DNA from: Epithemia pelagica
Lineage: Eukaryota; Protista; Bacillariophyta
Reading direction: 5' to 3'
Assembly (NCBI GenBank): GCA_946965045.2
Contig: OX337233.1
Location: 3,797,473-3,861,472, forward strand
Length of the DNA stretch: 64,000 nucleotides
Shown: positions 10,800-22,855 of the stretch, piece by piece
Position numbering within the stretch: position 1 is the first letter of the stretch
Layout of the letters: the number at the start of each line of letters is the position of its first letter
The notes under the pieces: generated by a model
What the model saw: only the letters and a program-made list of their open reading frames with translations
Database searches by the model: none
Told to the model about the DNA's origin: nothing
Position numbers and translations under genes: made by a program

Positions 10800-12989
10800 T
10801 TATGTCGATAGACAAGGATCTCCGTCAGTATTCTGAATCCACGCATCCATTATCTCGGGAGAACAGCCATCCTTTCTATCATATTGGCCGTCGTAGCCAC
10901 ACTCCTTAAAAATCTGGTCACAGGTACATCCACGAGTATGGTAAATGGTATACCTGTAGGGCGAAGGCGTTTCCTCCAACCGACGGACTCGGTCTTTGTC
11001 GCTCTTTTTGCGGCTCTTCTTCTTCTTCGACTTCTTTTTCTCCACGGCCGGCACTGCGCCAACGTCAAATTCAATTTGGTTTTCGTCCGACAGTAACGCC
11101 GCATGATGAGGCTTGAGGTCATCTCGCTCCGTTTCTTCCGGGATTATAGAGCCGGGGCACAAATCTTTCAAATCGGGGACTCCATCTCCGTCGTCGTCAT
11201 AGGAAGCGCTACCGCACATTTGGCAGGGAGTCGTAAAGGAACCCTGGAAATCATCCAAACCACAAGGGAGAACGCAATATTATAGGGTGAATTGAAGCTC
11301 AACAGCTAGAGGGCACGATGAGAACAACACAAACATGACACACGTACCACATCCGTAACACGGAGACGAACGTTTCCCACCTGGTCGTCTTTTCCATGCA
11401 CCAGAATTTTGTACGGTGTTCCCGCGCACGTATCAATGATCACGCGGGCAGTATTCAAAGAACCACCAATGCATAAGCCAAGAGAAGGACCGGTTCCACA
11501 AAAGATGCTGATTCTGGCATCAAAGTCAGCGGCATACAAACCAGTGTCGTCATACAATGAAACTCCACTTGTGTGCCGGTTCCCATGAAATCATACCAGA
11601 CTCCTGGTGCTGTAATTTTCAGTCCACATGTCATTCCCACAAGTCCATATTTCAGCGTCACCCCAGCTGTTGTTCCCTCCACCATATCACCCTCATATAC
11701 TGGCTGGGACGCAACCAAGGCATTGTTGTCAGGAGGCTGTGGATCTTCCGTAATGGACAAGACAAAGTCAAAGCCTTGATGTCCATTAATGTAATTGTTG
11801 ACCAAAATAAAGTAGTAATCGTCATCATCCGTATCGACCACGGTTGGGAACTGTACGACTGGTTTCGTTGGTTGATTCAAAAACTGGCCCGAGTTTGCCG
11901 TGATACAGGTCGGATTATTGCTGAAGAGTTGCTTGTGGCCATGATAGACATGTAGTTGAGCATAGTCATCCGCCGTCTGTCCTCGATTTTGGGTGACAAG
12001 GATGCGAGAAAGACCGTGCCGGTTCCTTTTACCTTGTACCACACACCATTGGAATTCGATGGAGTGAATCCAAAACAATCTACTACGACTTGATCGTCAG
12101 AGAAGGACCTCACTGTAGTGCCACTGATCAATTGGCCATTCGTCACCTCTACAGCACTTGTCCAAACATCATTGACGGGAGTGGCTGGATCCACGTCAAC
12201 GGCGAGTTTGAAGTTACCTTGCGCGTCGCCAACTCCATGGACAAGTATATAATAGTCATTGCCCTGTACTGCCTTGAACCGAACCGTCGACCCGTTCTGT
12301 GAGGAGGAGGAACAGCCACCTTGGTGCCCCGTCACGCATTGCAGGGCATTCGTTCTGCAATCATTGCCCAGTGGAATGGAGTAGACACTGAGCTTGGTAG
12401 CAGTATTAAAGTTCACAGCGCTATTGCAGGTCGATAGTTGATACTTTTGATCATTGCCCTGGAGCTTGTACCAGACACCGCTATGACTGGACGTGGGCGT
12501 GAGACAAAAGGGGGCACGGTCCGTGTCTGGAGTGGAATCTGTGATGGTTCCGGTTTTGAATTCTCCGTCTATTCCTGTCAGTTCTTTGGCTCGCTGACAC
12601 TTGTCCTTACCTGTCGGCGTAGCAACGCGTCTGGAAACCGAAACGAAATCATGCGAGGTGGTGTTGACAATGGATGGTAGGGTTCTGTTTTCACGAGACT
12701 CTTGGGGAGTGTCAACATCTGCATCCATGTCCTGATCCTCAAATAATCAAGCAACACAAACAAGAATTCACCATGTTAGAAGAAACGCAGCAACAAGGAT
12801 TGTTCGGCCGAGTGCTTCACTGTCTGTCTGTGAATGCAACCGTTTCATGGTGGTTGGTGTGTTGCTTACCACACAATTGAGTGGAGTGTCATGCTTGTTG
12901 TGAGTCGAGAGACGAGCCCATGCGGTTGGCGGAAAGGTATGGGCGACCAGTAGTAGTAGTTGTAGTAAGACTGCTGGGAAGCGGGCCAT
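10800..12989 (-). pseudogene. Paralogue C: signal peptide, three PPC-like domains, TSP3-like motif and Cys-rich C-terminal domain; frameshifted
   Basis: The ATG at 12989 gives MARFPAVLLQLLLLVAHTFPPTAWA. Phase-0 introns lie at 12869-12732 and 11347-11244. There are frameshifts at ~11997 and ~11560, and conserved Cys residues are lost (NDVW, NNAL). The last exon (10800-11243) is homologous to the paralogue B C-terminus (GCxCxQI...CGY...GCS..IM..WI.N..G.PC). Confidence 0.75.
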
Positions 12990-13694
12990 GGCTGCTGTTG
13001 TCGATTCTTGGAATGGTCTGTTTGATTCTTGTGGATAGTGTTTGTTTGGCGTTGATCCACAGTGTAATCTTTTGAAACGGTTGTGTGTGTGTGTGTCTTT
13101 TTTATGAGCCAAAAATTGGTCTGGACGAGAAGCTGTCTGCATGTATTCTCGGATGTCTCCAAATTGAGACAAACCTGATGCTGATGATGATGAGACAAGC
13201 TTCGGTTCGCATATCTGATCCTCCTCCTCTTGGGTCCGTGTTGTAACACTCTCAAAGTAAGGAGTACCGACGGGGGTACATCCAACAAAGAAGAAGGGCA
13301 TCCCGAAGACGAAAACGACGACGACGACAAGAGCTTCTCATCGATCGAGATACGAAATTGCCAATCGCGACCATCTCTCAGAACGAATCCGTGTACACTT
13401 GTTGTATCGAGTTGAGAATGTGGGAACGAGCCTTGAACCAGAGAATGGCCTCTTCAACAATCATTATTATTTGTCAGTCGGAATCACTGCCTTGGTGTTC
13501 GGATCTCGTTTGATTTTTCTACTATAGCGCATCCATTTGCGAAGCGAGAAAGGTTCTCATCATGTTTTGATCTCTTGTTCGTTGTGATTTGTGACGAGAT
13601 ACCAGAAGGCAAGTTCCCCTTCGTATTTGGTTCTTGTTCTTCTTCATCCATCCCATAGCAGTGTCTGCGAACACAACAACGATATTATCATTAC

Positions 13695-13696
<2 letters not shown>

Positions 13697-13728
<32 letters not shown>
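13697..13728. repeat. (ATC)n microsatellite
   Basis: About 10.7 perfect ATC units. Confidence 0.9.
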
Positions 13729-15442
13729 TCATGATTGGAATTCGGATAATCTGTGCGTTGTGGTTCGCTTTTTTTTGAATATACGAGAGGGGAAGCGGCA
13801 CTGTCCAACCTCTCATTGTCCCATCTCGATATCGATACGACCGAGGATCATCTTCCGGACAAGCAACGGGAGAGAAAGAGAGAGACCTTCGCCAAATCGT
13901 TCAGTGTCAATGGCTCTGTCATCGTCTCCCTGGGTTCAGGCATCGCACTCGCATTCGCCCTTTTTGCAGGGGACATTCCCCCCAAGTTCTCGCCTTCACC
14001 TCTATTCACCCCCGTTCGAGTCCCAGGGGACTCAGCGAACAGATACCACCAAGAGATGAGGGACTTGCTCTTAAGCGTCTTGGCTTGCTCGGAAAGGTCT
14101 GACCGGCGCCCGAATTTACAATATTGAAGACGGCGTGGCTTTGCGAGCCGTTCGACACTGAATCACTCACATTTTCAGGAGGTCCGGATTGTGCTCTCCG
14201 TCAAAGTCTGAACTGACCCCTTTACGATGGCACGCTATGGAAACGATCAGAAGTGAAGCCCGTAATAGGCCCAGAGGTGGAGGCGCACCAAGGATAGTAC
14301 CTGGGAATGCTCGTTGGCGGCTGGAAGCATCACTTTGTAACCCCAGACGCCGTTGGTGGTGGCACACATGTTCTCGTGCAATGTTCGTTCTCCAATGGAG
14401 TTTGCTCTATTGCCTGAATCGAGTACTGGAATTACGTACATGTAGTCTCGTGCTTTGCATTGGTGTTGTTTCCAACATTGTAGCGGGTCGGTTCAAGACA
14501 TTCGATTACACCTACAAAGAAGGACGGTTGTGAGGTATACTATATACGGTCCACGGACCTTCAACAAACTGGGGAGTCGCCAAATGGTCCAAAGACCTCA
14601 AACTGACTGGTGGGGAGTCGCCAAATGGACTGGAGTAGAGAGTGGGTGTCCTCTCGAGTCCCTTTATGGCCAATCGTGTTGAGGCCACAGTCCCAATTCA
14701 CCTCAGGAGAACGCGTAAGTCAACGAGAGTTCCTTTTGGCAGTCGCAACATGGGAATCTTTTGCTTCGAGAAGAGTCATTGGAACTGATGCAAGCTACAT
14801 TCAAATTGTAGCACGCACCATTCCTTGCAATTTCGAATGCAGGTTGCGTCCAAGAATCAGCAACCTGTTTTCGTTTGCAAAGCAGGCAGCATGATGCCTT
14901 GGCTACTGCAGGAACCTGTCGAATGGTCCAGATTGTATTATATGCTTCTTGTGGTCGAACAACCTGCTACGAACATTGTGTGATCCGCAGGAGGCCTCCA
15001 AGGAACAAGTGTGACACAAAGGGGGGCGAGTATATACCCGTAACAACGATGGTCCCTCCAATTTGTGGTTGCAGTGTCTCGCTCCTCCGTAGAACGCAGA
15101 GTTGACGAGATGGTCCTAGAGAATCCAATCCTCGTATACACTATACCTACAAGCAGATCTGTCGGTCTGCCAGTCGATGCGAAAAAAGACCCCCACTAGA
15201 TGAGACTCCCTGGTTGTATCTACCACGGTCACATATAGAGGAAAAGAATAGAGTTCGAATGGAAAACGAAAAAAACTATCTATATACTCTTGGGAATGGT
15301 ACTCATGAGATATACATAGCGAAATGTGGGAGGGTCTGGAATGCTTGGTACTTCCAGAACTCTTGAGAGAAATGGGCCGCGAAGGATCTGTCGCGGCCCC
15401 GGAGGATCCTTACTGAGAATCATAGTCGCAATATTGAAATCC

Positions 15443-16379
15443 TTAATGAAAGGCATCAATCTTGGCCAAGACGGGGACGGATCCGGGAATGGCATGTTCG
15501 GACAAGAAGCTCATGATGGCAATCATGGCCAAGCGTCCATTGTTGAGTTCGCGATTTTGCTTGGTTCGCATGACATCCGCCGAAATACCGCTGCTGTCCA
15601 CCTTGGGCCAAATCAATTCGGCCGTGGGTCCGCCCATCATGTAGTGCGGTTTTTGCAATTCGGCAAAGGATTCGGCCAGGAAAATGGTGCCAATAATTTG
15701 CCACTTGCCTGAGGAATAGTGAAACAATAGAAAGAGAGAACAAACACCAGTGTGCGTGAGACAAAACACTCTCGAAAGAATCGCCACACTGCCATTCCAC
15801 AACTCCAACAACAATCTACAATAGACGTACCAGCATCGGAGACGGCCGCCCATTGATCAACGGGGTTCAAGCCGGAGAGGGATTCAAAGGTGACGCCCTG
15901 CGACAGGTATCCAGGAAAGTGCAAGCCAGCGGCTTGGACCAAGAATCCCGTCGTGGCCAACATGGCGACACGGCCATGTTTCAATTCGGCCGCTCGGAAC
16001 CAATTCAAGGTTTCTTGCGATCCCTGTTGACTGTACTTGAGCGGATCAAAGGTGCCCAAGGGAGCCGTACCGCCCGCCATGGACTCCAAATCGGCCGCCA
16101 TGGACAAGGCGGACTAAAATAATATATACAAACAGTGTGTCATACCAAAGAGACGTTCAAGAGAGAACAGACAGGAAGAAAAACATGACATTCTCGTGAG
16201 AATGTAAAGTTGTTCGAAGACCTCCTCCGCCATCATAAAGATACCTTGGTGATCCGTCCATCGAGCAACCTCTCATCATGACGACGATAACAACCTACCT
16301 GTTGGGAGGGAATGGAGGCCGGAGCAAAGGCCGAGGCCGTGCTGGCCATCAACAAAGCGGTCAAGGTCTTGAACATCAT
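15443..16379 (-). CDS. Light-harvesting complex protein (fucoxanthin-chlorophyll a/c binding); join(16379..16299,16113..15831,15708..15443)
   Basis: The N-terminus MMFKTLTALLMASTASAFAP is a signal peptide with the ASAFAP plastid motif. Helix motifs ELKHGRVAMLA and ELNNGRLAMIA are present, and two GT-AG introns keep the frame. The subfamily (Lhcr-like?) is not established. An alternative in-phase donor exists ~54 nt further along exon 1. Confidence 0.93.
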
Positions 16380-16827
16380 GGTGGTGGTGGTGGTGGTATG
16401 TCTCAAAAGAAGGAGTATTCTTGCGGTTGTTGCAATTGAATCCACACTTCCGCCTCGCGATCTTTGCCGACTTGAACCTCTCTCTGTGGGAATCGCGACT
16501 CCTTCGTCCTGACGTGTCGACACTCAAGCGCGACTGCAGTTGAAAAAGACGAGCGACACTCCAGTTGACGTACCACAGTCCGTGTCGCCCCACCACACAC
16601 ACCAACCTCAACCCTCGCTTTGGATCTCGCCATCACTCATCTCCCTCTCCCTCCGACTCTCGATACTTGGACCGCCCGTTGTCGTGACTTGGTTTGGATC
16701 TGGAGAGAGGTTGTGGTTCCTGTGTCTGTGTATGGCACTACCGCATTCGTAAAGTAGCAGCAACAAACGATAGAGAAGAAGAAGAGACGGAGAATCACCA
16801 GAGACAAACCGATTGTGTATCCAACGA

Positions 16828-16830
<3 letters not shown>

Positions 16831-16862
<32 letters not shown>
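16831..16862. repeat. (AG)16 microsatellite in the short divergent spacer between LHC and NMT
   Basis: Perfect AG run. Confidence 0.9.
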
Positions 16863-16864
<2 letters not shown>

Positions 16865-16931
16865 GGATCGATTGGTGTCATTGCTGTTCCCTCGAGAGAA
16901 CCATCCATATCATTCATCATTATCATTCATC

Positions 16932-18746
16932 ATGTCACAACCAGACGAGGATAACAACGAAACCAACAAGACGGATGCTCCAGGCACAAGCACCACAAGT
17001 CTCACAACCGCCGCATCCAATCGACATGCCTTTTGGAGTACGCAGGTATGAAGTTGCCATGTTTGTGTTTGGATATCTATCAATATATATGGAGGAATGG
17101 AGCTCCTGTTATGTTATCAATGACGTTTTGTGGTCGTTTGCTCTCATATGGTCTCCTTCTTCTTGTTGTTGTTTCTTCTTTTCTCTGTCTCTGTTTATGT
17201 ATTTTTTCGTGGCTTGTTTCCCGTGCCCCTTGCATCTCGTCCTTTTGGTCGATCCATTGCATCCCACCTCTCTCTCCCTACATACACACACATTCGAATC
17301 AATCAATAGCCCATGCCGCACGGTCCTTCGGGTCGCGATACCTTACCGGAAGGTCCGATTGAAACGCCATCCTTGGATTCGATTCGCACAACGCCGTATA
17401 ATATGCCTCCAGGCTTTACCTGGGGACCCGTACCCGTTACCGAACCCGAATCGCTGTTGGAATTGTACAAGCTCTTGACGCACAATTATGTTGAAGATGA
17501 CGATGCCTTGTTTCGCTTTGATTATTCGCCCGAATTTCTCGTCTGGGCCTTGACGCCCCCCGGATGGCGGACCGACTTTTTGGTCGGTGTCTACAACAAT
17601 AGCAAACAAAAGAAATTGGTGGCCTTTATTTCCGGCGTGCCCACAACGATGCAAATTCACGGACAGGCCGTGCCCGTGGTGGAAATTAATTTCTTGTGCG
17701 TGCACAAGAAATTGCGGAGCAAACGATTGGCACCCGTACTCATCAAGGAAATTACGAGACGCGCCAATTTGCAAGGCATTTTTCAAGCCGTCTACACGGC
17801 CGGTACCGTCTTGCCCGTGCCCGTCTCATCGGCCCGCTATTATCATCGGAGTTTGCATCCCAAAAAGTTGGTCTCGGTCGGCTTTTCCCGATTGCCGCCC
17901 AATGGACGCTTGACCTTGGCCCGCATGTGCAAAATGTATCAATTGCCCGCGACACCGGTCGCCCTGCCGCAATTGCGTCCCATGACGGCCGCCGATGTCC
18001 CGCAAGTGACCAAATTGTTGCAAGATTATTTTGCCCAAAATCAATTTGCCATGCATGTCCAATATACACCGGAAGAAGTCGCCCATTGGTTCTTGCCCCG
18101 ACCCGGCGTCATGGATTCCTACGTGGCCGAAACTGAAATTACCACGAACACGACAAGCACGACGACGACCCCAGATGCCACGCCATCGTCTCAACAACCA
18201 CAACAACCAGAAGCGGACGACAACGATGACAACGGCGATGAGGAAGCAGCAACCGCCGATGCCGACAACGATGGGGAGGAAGCAGTGCACCAGGACGACT
18301 CGACGCAAACAAAGTCCAAAAAGAAGAAAAAGAAAAAGACGAAACGAAAAAAGAAGCAAATTACCGATTTTATTTCCTTTTATCATTTGCCGAGTAGCAT
18401 CTTGAATCAAGGGGGACCCAACAATACCAACACTACGACACCGTCCGAGGCCGGTTCCTTGACCCCGGAACAAAAACAAGACGATTATTCCACCCTCTAT
18501 GCGGCCTACAGTTATTACAACATCGCCACGACGGTGTCCCTCCAAGCCTTGCTCAAGGATGCCCTCATTTTGGCCAAACAACGCGGCGCCGATGTCTTTA
18601 ATGCCCTCGACTTGATGGACAATGATCCCGCCACGGTATTGGAACCTCTTAAATTTGGCATTGGCGATGGACAATTGCAATATTACATTTACAATTGGTC
18701 TTGTCCCGTCGTGCCGGCCAAAAAAGTGGGACTTGTCTTGTTGTAG
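16932..18746 (+). CDS. NMT: Glycylpeptide N-myristoyltransferase; join(16932..17045,17310..18746)
   Basis: Motifs HAFWSTQ|P, NYVEDDDALFRFDYS, EINFLCVHKKLRSKRLAPVLIKEITRR, KFGIGDGQLQYYIYNW and the C-terminal GLVLL are present, with a phase-0 GT-AG intron. The C-terminal half carries a long acidic/Lys-rich insertion. Confidence 0.96.
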
Positions 18747-20290
18747 AAATAGTAGTAGGAACCAGTTAATTCTACCAAACATGCACCCTCTGTTACAAGA
18801 GCTGTACCAAACGTGTTAACACAACAGTTCTCTACGAAATCCTCTAGAGGTTCCAGATTACCACCACCACCAAACTGGTACTTAGATATATGTAGGATAG
18901 ATCCATGGCACAGAACACAGAAGTGCCCTCGCAGTGAATGAGATGCCCCGCGGTTCCGGGTTGCGCGGTACCCGAAGTGCATAGCACGACTAGCTTTTTG
19001 ACAGCGTTCATCACCTGTTCCGCGACTGAAACGTGACCTCGAGAAGAGAGGGGCAGGACAATGGGATAGTAGAGATAGCCGCCCGCGACGACAGGGCATC
19101 GAAGGCTGCGGTTTCGTAGGCAGTTCGGCGAGATCTCGAATGTCTCGGATACACGAGGCTCTTGTTGTCGACATGTGTTGGAGTATAATAGTGGGACAAC
19201 TGACTTTCCCTCTGTGTGGATCTGTTGGCATTTTCCGTTTGCTTGCTATACTCTATATACCTCAACCACCAAACAACTCCACTCCACCTGACAAACGCAA
19301 TGTGTTGGATCCCATAGATGACCCAACATGAGGTCCTCCACAGAATAAAAGGAGACTTCAGGAACCAGACATGCCATGGCGCATTCGTCCTTGTACTAGA
19401 GTTTGATTGTCACATACCCATACCAGACGTCGCTATAGCGTTGTCTCGTCATACGTTCCAAACCAAACAACGGAATCGATAATAGACAAGATAATGCCCA
19501 GCACCGTTGCGTCCCGTGAGGCCGTTTCCACTGCCATTATGTCTTTCTACCAAACAAAACACTCCCGTGGAGCAGCTGGTTGTGGTCAAGATGACGAGCA
19601 ACAAGTCTCCACCAAGAATGTTATGAAAGACAAAGTGGGACTTGATCCTTCCTTTGCCCTGGATCGAGTCCAGTGGCACTATCCGGTTTCCTGCTTCATC
19701 ATCATGAGACACATTTACTATAGCATGACACATACTCTTGTCAGACCGACAAATAGGTAACACTCTTACTATGTAGTTCGAAAAACAATGGAACATCTGT
19801 TTCCGTTTCCTTCATTTCTCGGAGCAGTTGCGAAGCAGAGGAGTTCTCAGTCCGGATTGTTATGGGACACTTTGGAACGAGTGAAGTGGCAAGTGGCACA
19901 TTCATCATTGATTTCATATCCCATAAGACACAAATGATTATATCATGGCACATGCCCATTTCAGACAAAAGCGGGATGATCAGGTGGACAAATTACGTTT
20001 TATGATTTACGGGACCATCATAACACTTTGCTTTGACCCGACAAAAACTTTGTGATTGTCCATGTCCACTGTATGGCGATTGTGATCTATTAGGCTATCT
20101 CCACCCGGGGCCGCTAATGGTCCAAATACCGCTATTGAACTCCACCATCTCCTCTAACCGCTAAACAGCTCCCCTATCCGCTATTTTTGCCGCTATTTGG
20201 GGCCCCCAATAGCAGGGAAAATAGCGGATAGCGGTAACCGTAGGCATAAATAAATCAACGCATGATGCCAACAGCGTCCCCTTCATTTGG

Positions 20291-20570
20291 TTCTGTAGTG
20301 TTTTTGAATCTCTCCCGCCAAAGAGGTGGCATGGTAGCGATCGCATGGCATCTCTTGGGTTTCATGCTGGTGTTTTTTATGCCTCCTTCATAAAACAATC
20401 AAACAGAAAACATCGGTCGTGGGTCTGTGTATTCTGTTGTGCTTTTGAATCTCTCCCGCCAAAGAGATGGCATGGTAGCGATCGCATGCCATCTCTTGGG
20501 TTTCATGGTTGTGTTTTCTATGCCTCCTTCATAAAACAATCAAACAGAAAACATGGGTCGTGGGTCTGTG
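20291..20570 (+). repeat. 141-bp direct duplication in the left subterminal region of the Harbinger element
   Basis: GAATCTCTCCC occurs at 20306 and 20447, and AAACAGAAAACAT at 20401 and 20542. Confidence 0.9.
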
Positions 20571-21512
20571 TGGTCACCTGAAGAAAAGCGCATTGCTGCA
20601 CTTGCGTGGAAGAGGGCCTCTGCCGACCCTATTTCTGGTGCTGACCAGAAAGCTGATATATTCCGTGAAAAGGTAAAAGTAAACATTGCAGCACTTGCCC
20701 CACATGATTGCGACAAACAATGCTACCACTATCGCTCCACCGCGTCCATTTTTGGACATTTGCGTGATAGAGTTTTCGCAGACATCCAGAAGTTCAACAG
20801 TGTGTTGCGGTTGGTCGAAGGAGCAAATCTAAGTGATGTGGACAAGCAACAGAAAATAAACATGGCAGTGGCGATTCACCTCAAAAAAAGTTCGCTTCCT
20901 TCCTACCTTTTCAAGAGCTTTGATGCATACCAGTGGCCCAACTATCTGGCATGGATCGAATTAAAAGATATCCCTAAATTTGCTGTTGCCAAGTCCTCTT
21001 CGTCCAACTCTGGAGAGGATGACAACGTGACGGACTCCGTCTTTGATTCCTCAGCAGACGCGGAACAAGTGACATCTACTCCTAAGCCCAACAGCAAGAG
21101 TCGTCCTGGTGGTCGAGACATGGCAAAATCAAAAATGCTCAAGAACAAAAAGACTGATGAGACACGAGAACGGCTTGAAGAAGCAAAGAGACTCCGCCTT
21201 GCTATCGAGCACCGTAATAAACAGTTAGAGAGCATTGGGCGTCTGGCACAGCTGAAGAGCGTTATCTCATTGTGTGGTGAGACTCACAAGGACCAAGTTT
21301 ACCAACTCAAGCAACAGCTTCTTGAAGAAACCTTGCGCAAATATGGACAAAACCTGTCTAGCGCTGGTGAAGGTGAAAAAGAAAATGAACCTGGTACAAA
21401 CGAAGGTGACAAGGAAAATGACCCAGAAGAAAGCACTTACTCTACAGAAATTATGGACGGCGATGAATCTGAAGTGGCGGTTGCACTCAACCAGCTTGCA
21501 ACTAGTATTTAG
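20553..21512 (+). CDS. Harbinger accessory DNA-binding protein (Myb/SANT-like N-terminus, NAM-associated-like C-terminus)
   Basis: The N-terminus WSPEEKRIAALAW is typical of Harbinger ORF1. RPGGRDMAK is followed by a charged coiled region, and the ORF lies inside the TIRs. Confidence 0.75.
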   Translation: MGRGSVWSPEEKRIAALAWKRASADPISGADQKADIFREKVKVNIAALAPHDCDKQCYHYRSTASIFGHLRDRVFADIQKFNSVLRLVEGANLSDVDKQQKINMAVAIHLKKSSLPSYLFKSFDAYQWPNYLAWIELKDIPKFAVAKSSSSNSGEDDNVTDSVFDSSADAEQVTSTPKPNSKSRPGGRDMAKSKMLKNKKTDETRERLEEAKRLRLAIEHRNKQLESIGRLAQLKSVISLCGETHKDQVYQLKQQLLEETLRKYGQNLSSAGEGEKENEPGTNEGDKENDPEESTYSTEIMDGDESEVAVALNQLATSI

Positions 21513-21520
21513 TGATTAAC

Positions 21521-22855
21521 CTACCCGTTACGTTTAGACCATGCAAGTTCAATCAGGTCGCCTTTTAGGGATATTTTTTGTTGCGAGTCCTGGATATTCT
21601 CCTGCAAATGAGCATGCTGGAGAATGGCTTGAATTCCACTTCCTCCGACAGCACCAACTTCCTCGGCTGGTGCACCAAACAACGACACGACTTCATCTGT
21701 CTCGGCATTGAGCGCCATGTTTTTGCTATCGACATCCATCGGATCCGTGCCACGTCCATGCTCGACACACATGTTGTGTAGGATAATACAACAATCCAAC
21801 ACATCTCCAATTTTTGATCGGGTCCAGAACCGCAGAGGTCGCTTGAGAATATGGAACCTCTTAACCAGAACACCAAAACAGCGTTCAATGTCTTTACGGA
21901 CGGCTTCTTGACATGATGAAAAATACTTGAGCTTTTCTTCATCAGAGCCCTGACAGGAATCAATGAAAATGGACCAGTCTGGATAGATACCATCCACCAA
22001 GAAGTACATGTAGTCTCTCCAATTTGGTCCTATCTTGTATGGAGTGGGACATGAAAAATCAAAGGAGCCATTCACCATTGCGCCAACTATGGAACTCTTA
22101 TCCAGAATGTTTATGTCGTTCAAAGTCCCTGGTTGCCCAAAAAAGAAAAACCAAATGTACAAGTCAGGATCACAAATTGCGCTCAATACAAGAGTATTGA
22201 CACCCTCCTTTCCACGGAATTGCCTTTCCCAAGCTTTAGGACAGTTTTCCCAATTGAAATGCTTGCAATCCCATGACGCAAAGCAACCTGGGAAGTTACG
22301 AGCAGCATTTTTCTTCAACGCGTGCTCCTTTTCCGAAGACGTAGGTTGGCGATTTAAATAGTCTTTGGCAAAATGTTGTTTGATAAGGGATAAGAATTGC
22401 TCAAAGGATTCATGTAAGACCGACTCAGACAAGCAAAGATTTTCATCTTCCCTGTCATCAGCATCCCCATAAGCAATCTTCCGAAAGCAAGCCACAAGAC
22501 GCACAAGTGGGTTGATCCCAGGACGTCCATCAAGCATGTAATGTTGCGTGAAGCAACCACTACCATAAAGTTGGTTGTATATCTGATTGAAAACTGCGCG
22601 GGGTAATCGGAACCGACGCTCAAAGTCTGCCTCGTCGTAGATGGAGTTTTCTCCATCAAAGTAATTGCGCACCAATCGCTTGTACGCTTCGTCAAAGTCA
22701 CGACTCTTGTTTGGTACCTTTCCTTTAGGCGAACCACCATGTTGGGTGCTAGTATGTTGTTCCAGGAGGTCAGATGCAACTGTAGAAGCTACACCAATGT
22801 CAACATCTGCCTCCTGTTGGAGCAGCTCCAACAGTTCATCCAACGAGTCCTCCAT
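21521..22855 (-). CDS. Harbinger DDE transposase (Plant_tran/DDE_Tnp_4-like)
   Basis: Motifs FPGCFASWDCKH, GTLNDINILD, YFLVDGIYP and QEAVRKDIERCFGVL are present. The first ATG is at 22855 and the ORF is uninterrupted. Confidence 0.92.
   Translation of the reverse strand: MEDSLDELLELLQQEADVDIGVASTVASDLLEQHTSTQHGGSPKGKVPNKSRDFDEAYKRLVRNYFDGENSIYDEADFERRFRLPRAVFNQIYNQLYGSGCFTQHYMLDGRPGINPLVRLVACFRKIAYGDADDREDENLCLSESVLHESFEQFLSLIKQHFAKDYLNRQPTSSEKEHALKKNAARNFPGCFASWDCKHFNWENCPKAWERQFRGKEGVNTLVLSAICDPDLYIWFFFFGQPGTLNDINILDKSSIVGAMVNGSFDFSCPTPYKIGPNWRDYMYFLVDGIYPDWSIFIDSCQGSDEEKLKYFSSCQEAVRKDIERCFGVLVKRFHILKRPLRFWTRSKIGDVLDCCIILHNMCVEHGRGTDPMDVDSKNMALNAETDEVVSLFGAPAEEVGAVGGSGIQAILQHAHLQENIQDSQQKISLKGDLIELAWSKRNG

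Noticed and set aside
17826-18782. 318-aa antisense ORF over NMT (likewise 24626-25627 over NRT2, 52260-53051 over PhyH, and many over 31555-37122)
   Set aside because: Shadow ORFs of strongly supported genes, with no motifs of their own.
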